Shown here: piece by piece, positions 1 to 12,800 of the stretch
Layout of the letters: every line of letters begins with the position of its first letter
Numbering within the stretch: position 1 is the first letter of the stretch
NCBI GenBank assembly: GCA_964016885.1
Contig: OZ024742.1
Coordinates: 327,856,001 to 327,920,000 of the forward strand
Reading direction: 5' to 3'
From: Eledone cirrhosa
Taxonomy: Eukaryota
DNA: 64,000 nucleotides
Translations under genes and position numbers: made by a program
Notes under the pieces: model-generated
Told to the model about the DNA's origin: nothing
Seen by the model: the letters and a program-made list of their open reading frames with translations, nothing else
Databases searched by the model: none

Positions 1-225
1 TATGAAGAAATAATAGATAAATAAACGACAGCCATCTATTTGCAATCAACAGCCATAGAATAGTTACACAGAATTTCAATAGCACGTGGAAATCGATTAA
101 ATATACCGTCAACCATACACAATTAGGTATAATATTAAAGTTAGAAGAAAAAATGCATATACACATACCAGGATTACGTTTCTACCCTTTAGGGTTTCGT
201 TCGCTTTCGGATATATATATATATA

Positions 226-730
226 CTAGCTAAACTACCCGTCCATTGGACGGTTCCAGTAGCTTTCGGTGTAGCTCATTAAACTAAACAAAGTAAATTT
301 GACCATATTTGAACATCAAGCTTGAAACGATAAATTATACAATGTCAAATCTATAACTTAACTTAGTAATCTGTTAGAAATTGGTGGTTGTGAAATATAC
401 AAAATAATATTGTTATTTTCTTTGTTTTAAGTACAAAAAGTAAATTAAAATCCGAATGAGCCGAATTACGAAAGATAACTCTTGATTACGAAAGATGTCT
501 TACTTAATCACGAAAATTCACACAAATAACCGAAATTTTTTAATGTCTCCAAAGGCCCCAATATCGATTTTTGAAAGCCTTTGGAGGTCATGTACAGGTT
601 TTCTGCAAGGAGAAGCTCTGTAAAAAATTTCAAAGAAATCGCATGAATGGTTTATAATATATGAGCCCTCATTAAAAATTGTCCACACACATATACACAT
701 ACATACAGAAAACTACAGATTTATATATAT
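226..730 (-). mobile_element. Non-autonomous Helitron-like element
   Basis: CTAG at 226-229 is 9 nt from a perfect 7-bp hairpin CCGTCCA-T-TGGACGG (239-253), i.e. a Helitron 3' end on the minus strand. The far end has a (CA)/(CATA) microsatellite running into TATATA, as in many non-autonomous Helitrons. The right boundary is approximate. Confidence 0.6.
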
Positions 731-827
731 ACATATATATATATATAACGAAGAAAATGTGGTAAGGAACCAGGTGGACCATAACGCACCAAAGTACTCA
801 ATACATAGGGTAGTAGAGTGGGTAATA

Positions 828-927
828 GGAACAAGTAAGACCCCGACGGCTGAGCGCAAGCCGTTTCGACGTCCAGAATTAGCCGTCGAAACGGCTTGAG
901 CTCAGCCTTCGGGGTCTTACTTGTTCC
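828..927. repeat. 44-bp-arm inverted repeat (hairpin)
   Basis: GGAACAAGTAAGACCCCGACGGCTGAGCGCAAGCCGTTTCGACG (828-871) versus its near-perfect reverse complement (884-927), with 2 mismatches and a 12-nt loop. A related diverged hairpin lies at ~1045-1104. Confidence 0.85.
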
Positions 928-942
928 CATATATATATATAC

Positions 943-978
<36 letters not shown>

Positions 979-1268
979 TTATGTGTGTGTGTGGGGGGGG
1001 GGGGTCTGTGTGTGTGTGTGTGTATGTGTTTTAGAAAGTCGGAGCCCGATGACTGAGCGTTTGCCGTTTCGACAGAAAATACTTGAATTTGTTGTCGAAA
1101 CAGCCCAGCAACAATTAGAAATTTACGTTGGTGCTCGGAAATAGTGATTGTTGAAGCTAGGTATGGGACTTTAGTAACTGCCTTAAATTCATAGCGAAAG
1201 TCTTTCAAAGTATTTTAAAATAAACATACTCAATATTACATATTACTAAATATAAAATACGTACCTTC

Positions 1269-1290
1269 ATATATGTTTCAGAACACCAAC

Positions 1291-1358
<68 letters not shown>

Positions 1359-1371
1359 GGTGGTGTTCTGA

Positions 1372-1380
<9 letters not shown>
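1269..1380. repeat. Palindrome with (TA)n centre
   Basis: TGTTTCAGAACACCAACACAAA-(TA)n-TTTGTGGTGGTGTTCTGAAACA, with 1 mismatch between the arms. Confidence 0.85.
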
Positions 1381-1407
<27 letters not shown>

Positions 1408-1745
1408 AGAAGTATAAGTCAACAGGTTAAAATTAACTTTATATATTCATAGCCGGTGTTATATATATTTCGGTGTTAACCGTTATGCAACAGCTATGAC
1501 CTCATCAAACAGCGAGAATTTGAACAGAAAAAAACAAAAAGATGGAATAAAGCTTACTTCTGTTGTTTCAATTCCTTGTTAAGCTCCGTGCTAAAATGTG
1601 TTGGTGTTTCAAGCCCCTGGTCTGTCCGGCCTCCTGTATATATATATATATATTGAGTATATGTTGGTTGTTTACCGACACATCAATATGCAGATTGGAG
1701 CACTCGACGAAGTACGCAGGTTGGTTTGTTTACTCCGGAGTAATG

Positions 1746-1999
1746 TAAAATAGTTAAGTAAAATATGTAAAATTTGGCTTCGTTTATTACAAATTATAGA
1801 TATACTGCTATATATATATTTCCGTGACAGCCATCATTGGTGTGTTTTACTCCGTCAATACATCGATATGTCCAGCTCCTGGTATTGTTGTTATTTCTCT
1901 TAGCAACTGCAATCATATGATGGCTGTCACCGAAATATATATAGCAGTATATCTATAATTTTTAATAAACGAAGCCAAATTTTACATATTTGACTTAAT

Positions 2000-2006
<7 letters not shown>
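1746..2006. mobile_element. ~90-bp inverted repeat pair (MITE-like or inverted retroelement ends)
   Basis: Arm 1746-1837 (TAAAATAGTTAAG...GTGACAGCCATCAT) is the reverse complement of 1917-2006 with few mismatches. The spacer is ~80 bp and the right arm abuts (TA)n. Confidence 0.65.

Positions 2007-2068
<62 letters not shown>
2005..2068. repeat. (TA)n microsatellite
   Basis: Pure TA run. Others lie at ~1295-1354, 3325-3408, 4760-5070 and 63139-63184. Confidence 0.95.
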
Positions 2069-2071
<3 letters not shown>

Positions 2072-3108
2072 ATTCCTTTGTCTAACACTTTTGAATGACC
2101 CGCCAAAAACCGGGGGTTATTTCCATTGTTGGAAATAACAAGTGACAACTAAATGTCCGAATGGCTTGATGTAAGCAGCACCATTTAATGTTCGCCCCGT
2201 TCTTTGGTAGGACGAAATTCCTGTTGATGAAATGAGTCCTCTATTCGATCATGAATACCACGAGCTTGTCAGTTACGTAAGTCTGATATTTGATTTCGGA
2301 TTCATAGAAACACTTTAAACGTATAACGTTTGATTTGTCCAGGTGTATTTTTTCAAACTGTTAGTTCTCTCGTTACTTTGGTATTGTGTGTTAGATTTTG
2401 CCTACCACAATGTTCAATTTTTCAAGCTATTTAAACGTATGTTATTACTCTAAGGACCTACCCTGGTCGAGTGCTTTGCTAACTCATTCATATCGTACGT
2501 CGAATTTGCTTGCACACTGCCAGAGATTCGATTTTACTAAGCCTCCAATTATATATATATATATATATATAGTAGAATAATCGAGTATCGAAAAATCGGC
2601 TCACGAGTTTACGATAAACAAATTCGACATGAGAGGCAGAGGGCTCAATAATTCAGATAAATCAGAGCTATAACTATCGTTAAAATACCAACACACAAAG
2701 AATATGTCTAAAATCACCCATGCGACCGAAAAATTACGATCAGGAAGATTCGGGTCACTCAGATAAAATATCAATAAATCAATAAATCATATGAATGTAA
2801 AAAGCTTACCCGGACCCACTAGAAAGATGGTAAATCTAGCTTCTTGGGTTTCTGTAATTCCTTAATCCGCCCCCTATCAGCCCACATAAAAATATATAAG
2901 ACTTCTAGAGAGCGGCGGACGGGAATACTTTATCAACGGGCTTTGTCCAAACGAATAAAAAAGCCAACCCTAGTTGAGACGCACATGGTGTCCAGCAAGG
3001 GAGATAACCTCTATATACGCGAAAGATATTCGGAAATGTGGGAAATCACATATCGAATAAGAGTGCTCAATAGACATGTTAAAATAAACAGGAGCTATTC
3101 ATCATTTA

Positions 3109-3164
3109 ATGTGGTGACAGTCGAGTTTGCAATTTGAAAATTGCAAACTCGACTGTCACCACAT
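3109..3164. repeat. Perfect 27-bp-arm palindrome
   Basis: ATGTGGTGACAGTCGAGTTTGCAATTT-GA-AAATTGCAAACTCGACTGTCACCACAT. Confidence 0.95.
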
Positions 3165-3168
3165 ATCA

Positions 3169-3207
3169 TGAACCTGAAGATTGCGAAAGCATGAAAGTAC
3201 TTGTTCA
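3169..3207 (+). ncRNA. Minimal type I hammerhead ribozyme motif (Penelope-like element type)
   Basis: UGAAC-CUGAAGA-U-UGC GAAA GCA-U-GAAA-GUAC-UU-GUUCA. It has the core boxes CUGANGA and GAAA, stem II with a GAAA tetraloop, palindromic stem III (AAGUACUU) and stem I UGAAC/GUUCA. Confidence 0.6.
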
Positions 3208-3321
3208 ATTAACACTTAGAATTTAATATTCTATCCTACTATTTCATTATAATACCATTATATATATTTTAAAGGATTGTAAATAAAACGAGTAAATCAG
3301 ACAAAGTTGAAATTCCTCTTA

Positions 3322-3409
<88 letters not shown>

Positions 3410-3502
3410 CACACACAGATATAGCTGTTATATCTAGCATTCTGAGTGACTACTAAGAGATTCTCTCCGTCGCTCGTTAATTCGTTGGCAATCATTATAT
3501 AG

Positions 3503-4031
3503 ATGATGATGCTGGCTGTAAAGCTGGTGATAGTTGCCATGGAGATGAAAATATTGGTAGCAATGTTAGTTGTAGTGATCATGTTGATTATGATGAGAAT
3601 GTTGATGGTGATGTTTGTGATAGTGATGATAATGTTGATGTTGATGATAATTGTATTAATGGTGGTCCTTGTGGTGGTGCTAGTGGTGGTGATGGTGTTT
3701 GTGATGATGAAAATGTTGGTGAGGGTGATAATAATGACGACGATGATGATGATGATGATAATGATGATGATGAGAAGGAGGAGGAGGAGAGGGAGGAAAG
3801 GGAGTATAATGACGATGATGATGATGATGATGTTGATAATGATGACGATGATGATTATGAGAAGGAGAAGAAGGAGAGGGAAGAGGAGGAAAGGGAGCAT
3901 AGTGTTGATGGGATGACGATGAAAATATTGACATGATGATGTTGAAAGTGATGTTGTGTTATTTTTGTCTCAGCATGATCATGATGATTGATCATCACCA
4001 TCACCATCACCATAATCACTACCACCATCAC

Positions 4032-4063
<32 letters not shown>

Positions 4064-4116
4064 CCACAATTGCCAACACCATCACCATAATCACTACGAC
4101 CATTACCATCACCATT

Positions 4117-4147
<31 letters not shown>

Positions 4148-4286
4148 CCACAATTGCCAACACCATCACCATAATCACTACGACCATTACCATCACCATC
4201 ATCATCATCATCACCATCATCATCATCGTCACCTCAATTGCCAACACCATCACCATAATCACTACCACCCTCACCATCACCATCAC

Positions 4287-4318
<32 letters not shown>

Positions 4319-4379
4319 CCATCACCATAATAGCAAACATCATCACCATATTCAACACCATCATCGTCATCACCATCAC

Positions 4380-4436
<57 letters not shown>

Positions 4437-4470
4437 GACCATCATCAACATCACTATCATCATCGTATCT
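3503..4470. repeat. Degenerate (GAT)n then (CAT)n trinucleotide low-complexity tract
   Basis: GAT/GGT-rich at 3503-3990, switching to CAT/CAC-rich at 3990-4470. It contains three copies of CAATTGCCAACACCATCACCATAATCACTAC at ~84-bp spacing. Confidence 0.85.
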
Positions 4471-4754
4471 AGACAACTCTTCTCCAAGAAAATGATACAC
4501 TTATGTGGCAATTTGTTTTAAATGCGATCGAACATTTTCAATTGAACTGTTGCTTGATCGATCATTGAAAGCAGAGGAACAGATTGGTCGGTGGGATAGA
4601 GGGTCAGTGAAGTGAAGCCAGAACAGTATACGGTTATATGCACTTAAATAGTGTTACACACAGATACGTATGTCCGCAGACACATATATACACATATTAT
4701 ATACTGTATGTATGTATGTGGATTTGAGTGTGTCTATGTGTGAACACGCGCGCG

Positions 4755-4806
<52 letters not shown>

Positions 4807-4810
4807 GTAT

Positions 4811-4874
<64 letters not shown>

Positions 4875-4882
4875 TATATACA

Positions 4883-4936
<54 letters not shown>

Positions 4937-4965
4937 AGAAAATATACATGCATATTTAAATATTG

Positions 4966-5020
<55 letters not shown>

Positions 5021-5047
5021 AAGAGAAGGAGAGTGACGGAGAGAAAG

Positions 5048-5084
<37 letters not shown>

Positions 5085-5238
5085 CGGAGAGAAAGAAGTC
5101 CCGAACGTGGGGCCAACCGGTTTTATCTATCTCACTATCTATTCTGAATTTCCACATGCATTGTGTACTCCCATAATTAGTGGTCACCCCAGTGGCAAGG
5201 AATATATTAGGTTAATGCTAGAAATAGCAGGAAGCGTG

Positions 5239-5274
5239 TCTTAACGTTTCGGATGCTAGTCCTTCATCAGAAGA
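5239..5274 (-). ncRNA. Minimal type I hammerhead ribozyme motif (Penelope-like element type)
   Basis: The minus strand reads UCUU-CUGAUGA-A-GGA CUAGCA UCC-GAAAC-GUU-AAGA: canonical core, 3-bp stem II, palindromic AACGUU stem III and stem I UCUU/AAGA. Confidence 0.65.
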
Positions 5275-6076
5275 AGGAATGAGAAATAAGATTGATTGAA
5301 GGACGGGTGGGGTGGAATTGGAAAAATATGTCCTTAGATAAAAATAACAGGTCCATACATGTTGACACCTTTATATATATATATATATATATATATTACG
5401 TAATCGGTTGTGTCGATTCGATCGATGCCGATTATTCGGCTACTAATTTCCTATAATCCAAGTATGCATTGTCTTTCCAGTAATTTCCAGTTGTGTAGAC
5501 CAGCAAGTTTGAGCCTTAGGAACAGAGTTATATTGCACCACTTGGCTTAGAGTGTGTTTCATAGGAAATAGCATGTTTTTTATGTTTCTACTTGTTGATT
5601 CAATGGTTTTCTGGTTCCAGTTTACGTTTCTATGAAAAGCTATTTATCGACACAATGGACTATATCACCCATACCAATTATCCGCCGATTAATTGGTGCA
5701 ACCGAAATATATATATACATTTACACACACGCATGCGTATGTATGTTCCCACTTAAACCAACACATTCATGTTTGTATATGTATATATAAATATATATAT
5801 ATATATATTATATTATATTTACATATATATATATATGTAATATATTTACACATACACACACATATATATGTGTCTGTATGTATATATATATGTATGTATA
5901 TATGAATGTGTATATATATATATATATATATAGATATAGATGTGTGTGAGTGTGTGCATGTGTGTGTTTGTGTGTGAATCATGCAATATAATGTAATATA
6001 ATATAATAGTTTGTCAACAAGACGGTTTAATGATCGCAGGTGATCAATCAAATGTTGACAGTTACCATTTCAAAGA

Positions 6077-6140
6077 CATTTAGAGACTTAATGTAAAATA
6101 AGAGAATGTACCATTACGTTCCACATAAAGAACTGCACCT
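6077..6140. repeat. Array-boundary linker copy L1
   Basis: CATTTAGAGACTTAATGTAAAATAAGAGAATGTACCATTACGTTCCACATAAAGAACTGCACCT. It is 51/64 identical, ungapped, to 55474-55537. Confidence 0.85.
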
Positions 6141-9100
6141 ACTTCCCTGCCATCGCCAGCATACCCAATATCACATACACAAAGACCACCATTAACACAT
6201 CCACCACAAATACCATCGCTGTCATCACTACCAACAACACCAGAAACATCTCCATCACAACCACAACAAATACCAGCGCTGTCAACACTGTCAACAACAC
6301 CAACAACACCACCATCCCAACCACCACAAACACCATCACCTGCAACACCACCAGCAACACCAACAACACCAACATCACAACCACCACAAATACCATCACC
6401 TTTATCACCACCAACAACACCAACAACACCACCATCACAACCACCACAAATACCATCACCTTCATCACCACCAGCAACACCAACAACACCAACATCACAA
6501 CCACCACAAATACCATCACCTTTATCACCACCAACAACACCAACAACACCACCATCACAACCACCACAAATACCATCACCTTCAACACCACCAACAACAC
6601 CAACAACACCAACATCACAACCACCACAAATACCATCACCTTCAACACCACCAACAACACCAACAACACCACCATCACAACCACCACAAATACCATCACC
6701 TTCAACACCACCAACAACACCAACAACACCACCATCACAACCACCACAAATACCATCACCTTCAACACCACCAACAACACCAACAACACCACCATCACAA
6801 CCACCACAAATACCATCACCTTCAACACCACCAACAACACCAACAACACCACCATCACAACCACCACAAATACCATCACCTTCAACACCACCAACAACAC
6901 CAACAGCACCACCATCACAACCACCACAAATACCATCACCTTCATCACCACCAACAACACCAACAACACCACCATCACAACCACCACAAATACCATCACC
7001 TTCATCACCACCAACAACACCAACAACACCACCATCACAACCACCACAAATACCATCACCTTCAACACCACCAACAACACCAACAACACCACCATCACAA
7101 CCACCACAAATACCATCACCTTCAACACCACCAACAACACCAACAGCACCACCATCACAACCACCACAAATACCATCACCTTCATCACCACCAACAACAC
7201 CAACAACACCACCATCACAACCACCACAAATACCATCACCTTCAACACCATCAACAACACCAGCAACACCACCATCACAACCACCACAAATACCATCACC
7301 TTCAACACCACCAACAACACCAACAACACCACCATCACAACCACCACAAATACCATCACCTTCAACACCACCAACAACACCAACAACACCACCATCACAA
7401 CCACCACAAATACCATCACCTTCAACACCACCAACAACACCAACAACACCACCATCACAACCACCACAAATACCATCACCTTCAACACCACCAACAACAC
7501 CAACAACACCACCATCACAACCACCACAAATACCATCACCTTCATCACCACCAACAACAACACCACCATCACATCCACCACAAATACCATCACCTTCATC
7601 ACCACCAACAACACCAGCAACACCACCATCACAACCACCACAAATACCATCACCTTCAACACCACCAACAACACCAACAACACCACCATCACAACCACCA
7701 CAAATACCATCACCTTCATCACCACCAACACCACCAACAACAACACCACCATCACATCCACCACAAATACCATCACCTTCATCACCACCAACAACACCAA
7801 CAACACCACCATCACAACCACCACAAATAACATCACCTTCATCACCACCAACAACACCAACAACACCACCATCACAACCACCACAAATACCATCACCTTC
7901 ATCACCACCAACAACAACACAACCATCACATCCACCACAAATACCATCACCTTCATCACCACCAACACCACCAACAACAACACCACCATCACATCCACCA
8001 CAAATACCATCACCTTCATCACCACCAACAACACCAACAACACCACCATCACAACCACCACAAATACCATCACCTTCATCACCACCAACAACACCAACAA
8101 CACCACCATCACAACCACCACAAATACCATCACCTTCATCACCACCAACAACAACACCACCATCACAACCACCACAAATACCATCACCTTCATCACCACC
8201 AACAACACCAACAACACCACCATCACAACCACCACAAATACCATCACCTTCATCACCACCAACAACAACACCACCATCACATCCACCACAAATACCACCA
8301 TCTTCATCACCACCAACAACACCAGCAACACCACCATCACAACCACCACAAATACCATCACCTTCAACACCACCAACAACACCAGCAACACCACCATCAC
8401 AACCAACACAAATACCATCACCTTCATCACCACCAACAACACCTTCATCACCACCATCACAACCACTACAAATACCATCACCTTCAACACCACCAACAAC
8501 AGCACCACCATCACAACCACCACAAATACCATCACCTTCAACACCACCAACAAAACCAACAACACCACCATCACAACCACCACAAATACCATCACCTTCA
8601 ACACCACCAACAAAACCAACAACACCACCATCACAACCACCACAAATACCATCACCTTCAACACCACCAACAACACCAGCAACACCACCATCACAACCAC
8701 CACAAATACCATCACCTTCAACACCACCAACAACACCAACAGCACCACCATCACAACCACCACAAATACCATCACCTTCAACACCACCAACAACACCAGC
8801 AACACCACCATCACAACCACCACAAATACCATCACCTTCAACACCACCAACAAAACCAACAACTCCACCATCACAACCACCACAAATACCATCACCTTCA
8901 ACACCACCAACAACACCAACAACACCACCATCACAACCAGCACGAATACCATCACCTTCAACACCACCAACAAAACCAACAACACCACCATCACAACCAC
9001 CACAAATATCATCACCTTCAACACCACCAACAACACCAACATCACCACCATCACAACCACCACAAATACCATCACCTTCATCACCACCAACAACAACACC

Positions 9101-9854
9101 GCCATCACAACCACCACAAATACCATCACCTTCAACACCACCAACAACACCAACAACACCAACATCACAACCACCACAAATACCATCACCTTCAACACCA
9201 CCAACAACACCAACAACACCACCATCACAACCAGCACGAATACCATCACCTTCAACACCACCAACAACACCAACAACACCACCATCACAACCACCACAAA
9301 TACCATCACCTTCAACACCACCAACAAAACCAACAACACCACCATCACGACCACCACAAATACCATCAACTTCAACACCATCAACACCACCAACAACACC
9401 ACCATCACAACCACCTCAAATACCATCACCTTCAACACCACCAACAACACCAGCAACACCACCATTACAACCACCACAAATACCATCACCTTCATCACCA
9501 CCATCACAACCACCACAAATACCATCACCTACATCACCACCAATAACACCAGCAACACCACCATCACAACCACCACAAATACCATCACCTTCATCACCAC
9601 CAACAACACCAACAACACCACCATCACAACCACCACAAATACCATCACCTTCATCACCACCAACAACACCAACAACACCACCATCACAACCACCACAAAT
9701 ACCATCACCTACATCACCACCAATAACACCAGCAACACCACCATCACAACCACCACAAATACCATCACCTTCATCACCACCAACAACACCAACAGCACCA
9801 CCATCACAACACTAAAAATACCATCAACATCATCACCATCAACAATACCAATAA
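6129..9854 (+). CDS. Possible mucin-like Pro/Thr/Ser exon or pseudo-exon (PPSQPPQIPSPSTPPTTPTT repeats); no start codon
   Basis: Stop-free frame from RTAPTSLPSPAYPISHTQRPP... up to a -1 indel at ~9811 and TAA at 9852-9854. There is no ATG, so it would need splicing. Openness is expected from composition alone. Confidence 0.2.
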
Positions 9855-12800
9855 CAACAGCATCACAACAACCACAAATACCATCACCTTCATCACCACC
9901 ATCACAACCACCACAAATACCATCAACATCACCACCACCAACAACACCACCATCACAACCACCACAAATACCATCACCTTCATCCCCACCAACAGCACCA
10001 CCATCACAACCACCACAAATACCATCACCTTCATTACCACCAACAACACCAGCAACACCACCATCACAACAACCACAAATAACATCAACATCATCACCAT
10101 CAATAATACCAATAACACCACCATCACAACAACCACAAATAACATCAACATCATCACCACCAACAACACCAACAACACCACCATCACAACCACCACAAAT
10201 ACCATCACCTTCATCACCACCAACAACACCAACAAAACCACCATCACAACCACCACAAATACCATCACCTTCATCACCACCAACAACACCAACAGCACCA
10301 CCATCACAACCACTACAAATACCATCACCTTCAACACCACCAACAACACCAACAACACCACCATCACAACCACCACAAATACCATCACCTTCAACACCAT
10401 CAACACCACCAACAACACCACCATCACAACCACCACAAATACCATCACCTTCAACACCACCAACAACTCCAGCAACACCACCATCACAACCACCACAAAT
10501 ACCATCACCTTCATCACCACCATCACAACCACCACAAATACCATCACCTACATCACCACCAATAACACCAGCAACACCACCATCACAACCACCACAAATA
10601 CCATCACCTTCATCACCACCAACAACACCAGCAACACCACCATCACAACCACCACAAATACCATCACCTTCATCACCACCAACAACACCAACAGCACCAC
10701 CATCACAACACTAAAAATACCATCAACATCATCACCATCAACAATACCAATAACAACAGCATCACAACAACCACAAATACCATCACCTTCATCACCACCA
10801 TCACAACCACCACAAATACCATCAACATCACCACCACCAACAACACCACCATCACCACCACCACAAATACCATCACCTTCATCACCACCAACAACACCAC
10901 AATCACAACCACCACAAATACCATCACCTTCATCCTCACCAACAGCACCACCATCACAACCACCACAAATACCATCACCTTCAACACCACCAACAAAACC
11001 AACAACACCACCATCACAACCACCACAAATACCATCACCTTCATCACCACCAACAACACCAACAACACCACCATCACAACCACCACAAATACCATCACCT
11101 TCATCACCACCAACAATACCAACAGCACCACCATCACATCCACCACAAATACCATCACCTTCAACACCACCAACAACACCAGCAACACCATCACAACAAC
11201 CACAAATACCATCACCTTCATCACCATCACCACCAACAACAACACCACCATCACAACCACCACAAATAACATCAACATCATCACCACCAGCAACACCAAC
11301 AACACCACCATCACAACCACCACAAATACCATCACCTTCATTACCACCAACAACACCAGCAACACCACCATCAAAACAACCACAAATAACATCAACATCA
11401 TCACCATCAACAATACCAATAACACCACCATCACAACAACCACAAATAACATCAACATCATCACCACCAACAACACCAGCAACACCACCATCACATCCAC
11501 CACAAATACCATCACCTTCATTACCACCAACAACACCAGCAACACCACCATCACAACAACCACAAATAACATCAACATCATCACCATCAACAATACCAAT
11601 AACACCACCATCACAACAACCACAAATAACATCAACATCATCACCACCAACAACACCAACAACACCACCATCACAACCACCACAAATACCATCACCTTCA
11701 TCACCACCAACAACACCAACAACACCACCATCACAACCACCACAAATACCATCACCTTCATCACCACCAACAACACCAACAGCACCACCATCAAAACCAC
11801 CACAAATACCATCACCTTCATCACCACCAACAACACCAACAGCACCACCATCACAACACTAAAAATACCATCAACATCATCACCATCAACAATACCAATA
11901 ACAACAGCATCACAACAACCACAAATACCATCACCTTCATCACCACCATCACAACCACCACAAATACCATCAACATCACCACCACCAACAACACCACCAT
12001 CACCACCACCACAAATACCATCACCTTCATCACCACCAACAACACCACCATCACAACCACCACAAATACCATCACCTTCATCCCCACCAACAGCACCACC
12101 ATCACAACCACCACAAATACCATCACCTTCAACACCACCAACAAAACCAACAACACCACCATCACAACCACCACAAATACCATCACCTTCATCACCACCA
12201 ACAACACCAACAACACCACCATCACAACCACCACAAATACCATCACCTTCATCACCACCAACAATACCAACAGCACCACCATCACATCCACCACAAATAC
12301 CATCACCTTCAACACCACCAACAACACCAGCAACACCATCACAACAACCACAAATACCATCACCTTCATCACCATCACCACCAACAACAACACCACCATC
12401 ACAACCACCACAAATAACATCAACATCATCACCACCAGCAACACCAACAACACCACCATCACAGCCACCACAAATACCATCACCTTCATTACCACCAACA
12501 ACACCAGCAACACCACCATCAAAACAACCACAAATAACATCAACATCATCACCATCAACAATACCAATAACACCACCATCACAACAACCACAAATAACAT
12601 CAACATCATCACCACCAACAACACCAGCAACACCACCATCACATCCACCACAAATACCATCACCTTCATTACCACCAACAACACCAGCAACACCACCATC
12701 ACAACAACCACAAATAACATCAACATCATCACCATCAACAATACCAATAACACCACCATCACAACAACCACAAATAACATCAACATCATCACCACCAACA

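Noticed and set aside
2580-3108. 97-aa ORF or possible retroelement coding remnant
   Set aside because: No recognisable motif by eye. A degraded Penelope origin is possible but unsupported without a search.
3322-6051. Poly-Ile/His/Met and YIYI ORFs
   Set aside because: They are translations of (CAT)n/(GAT)n and (TA)n microsatellites.
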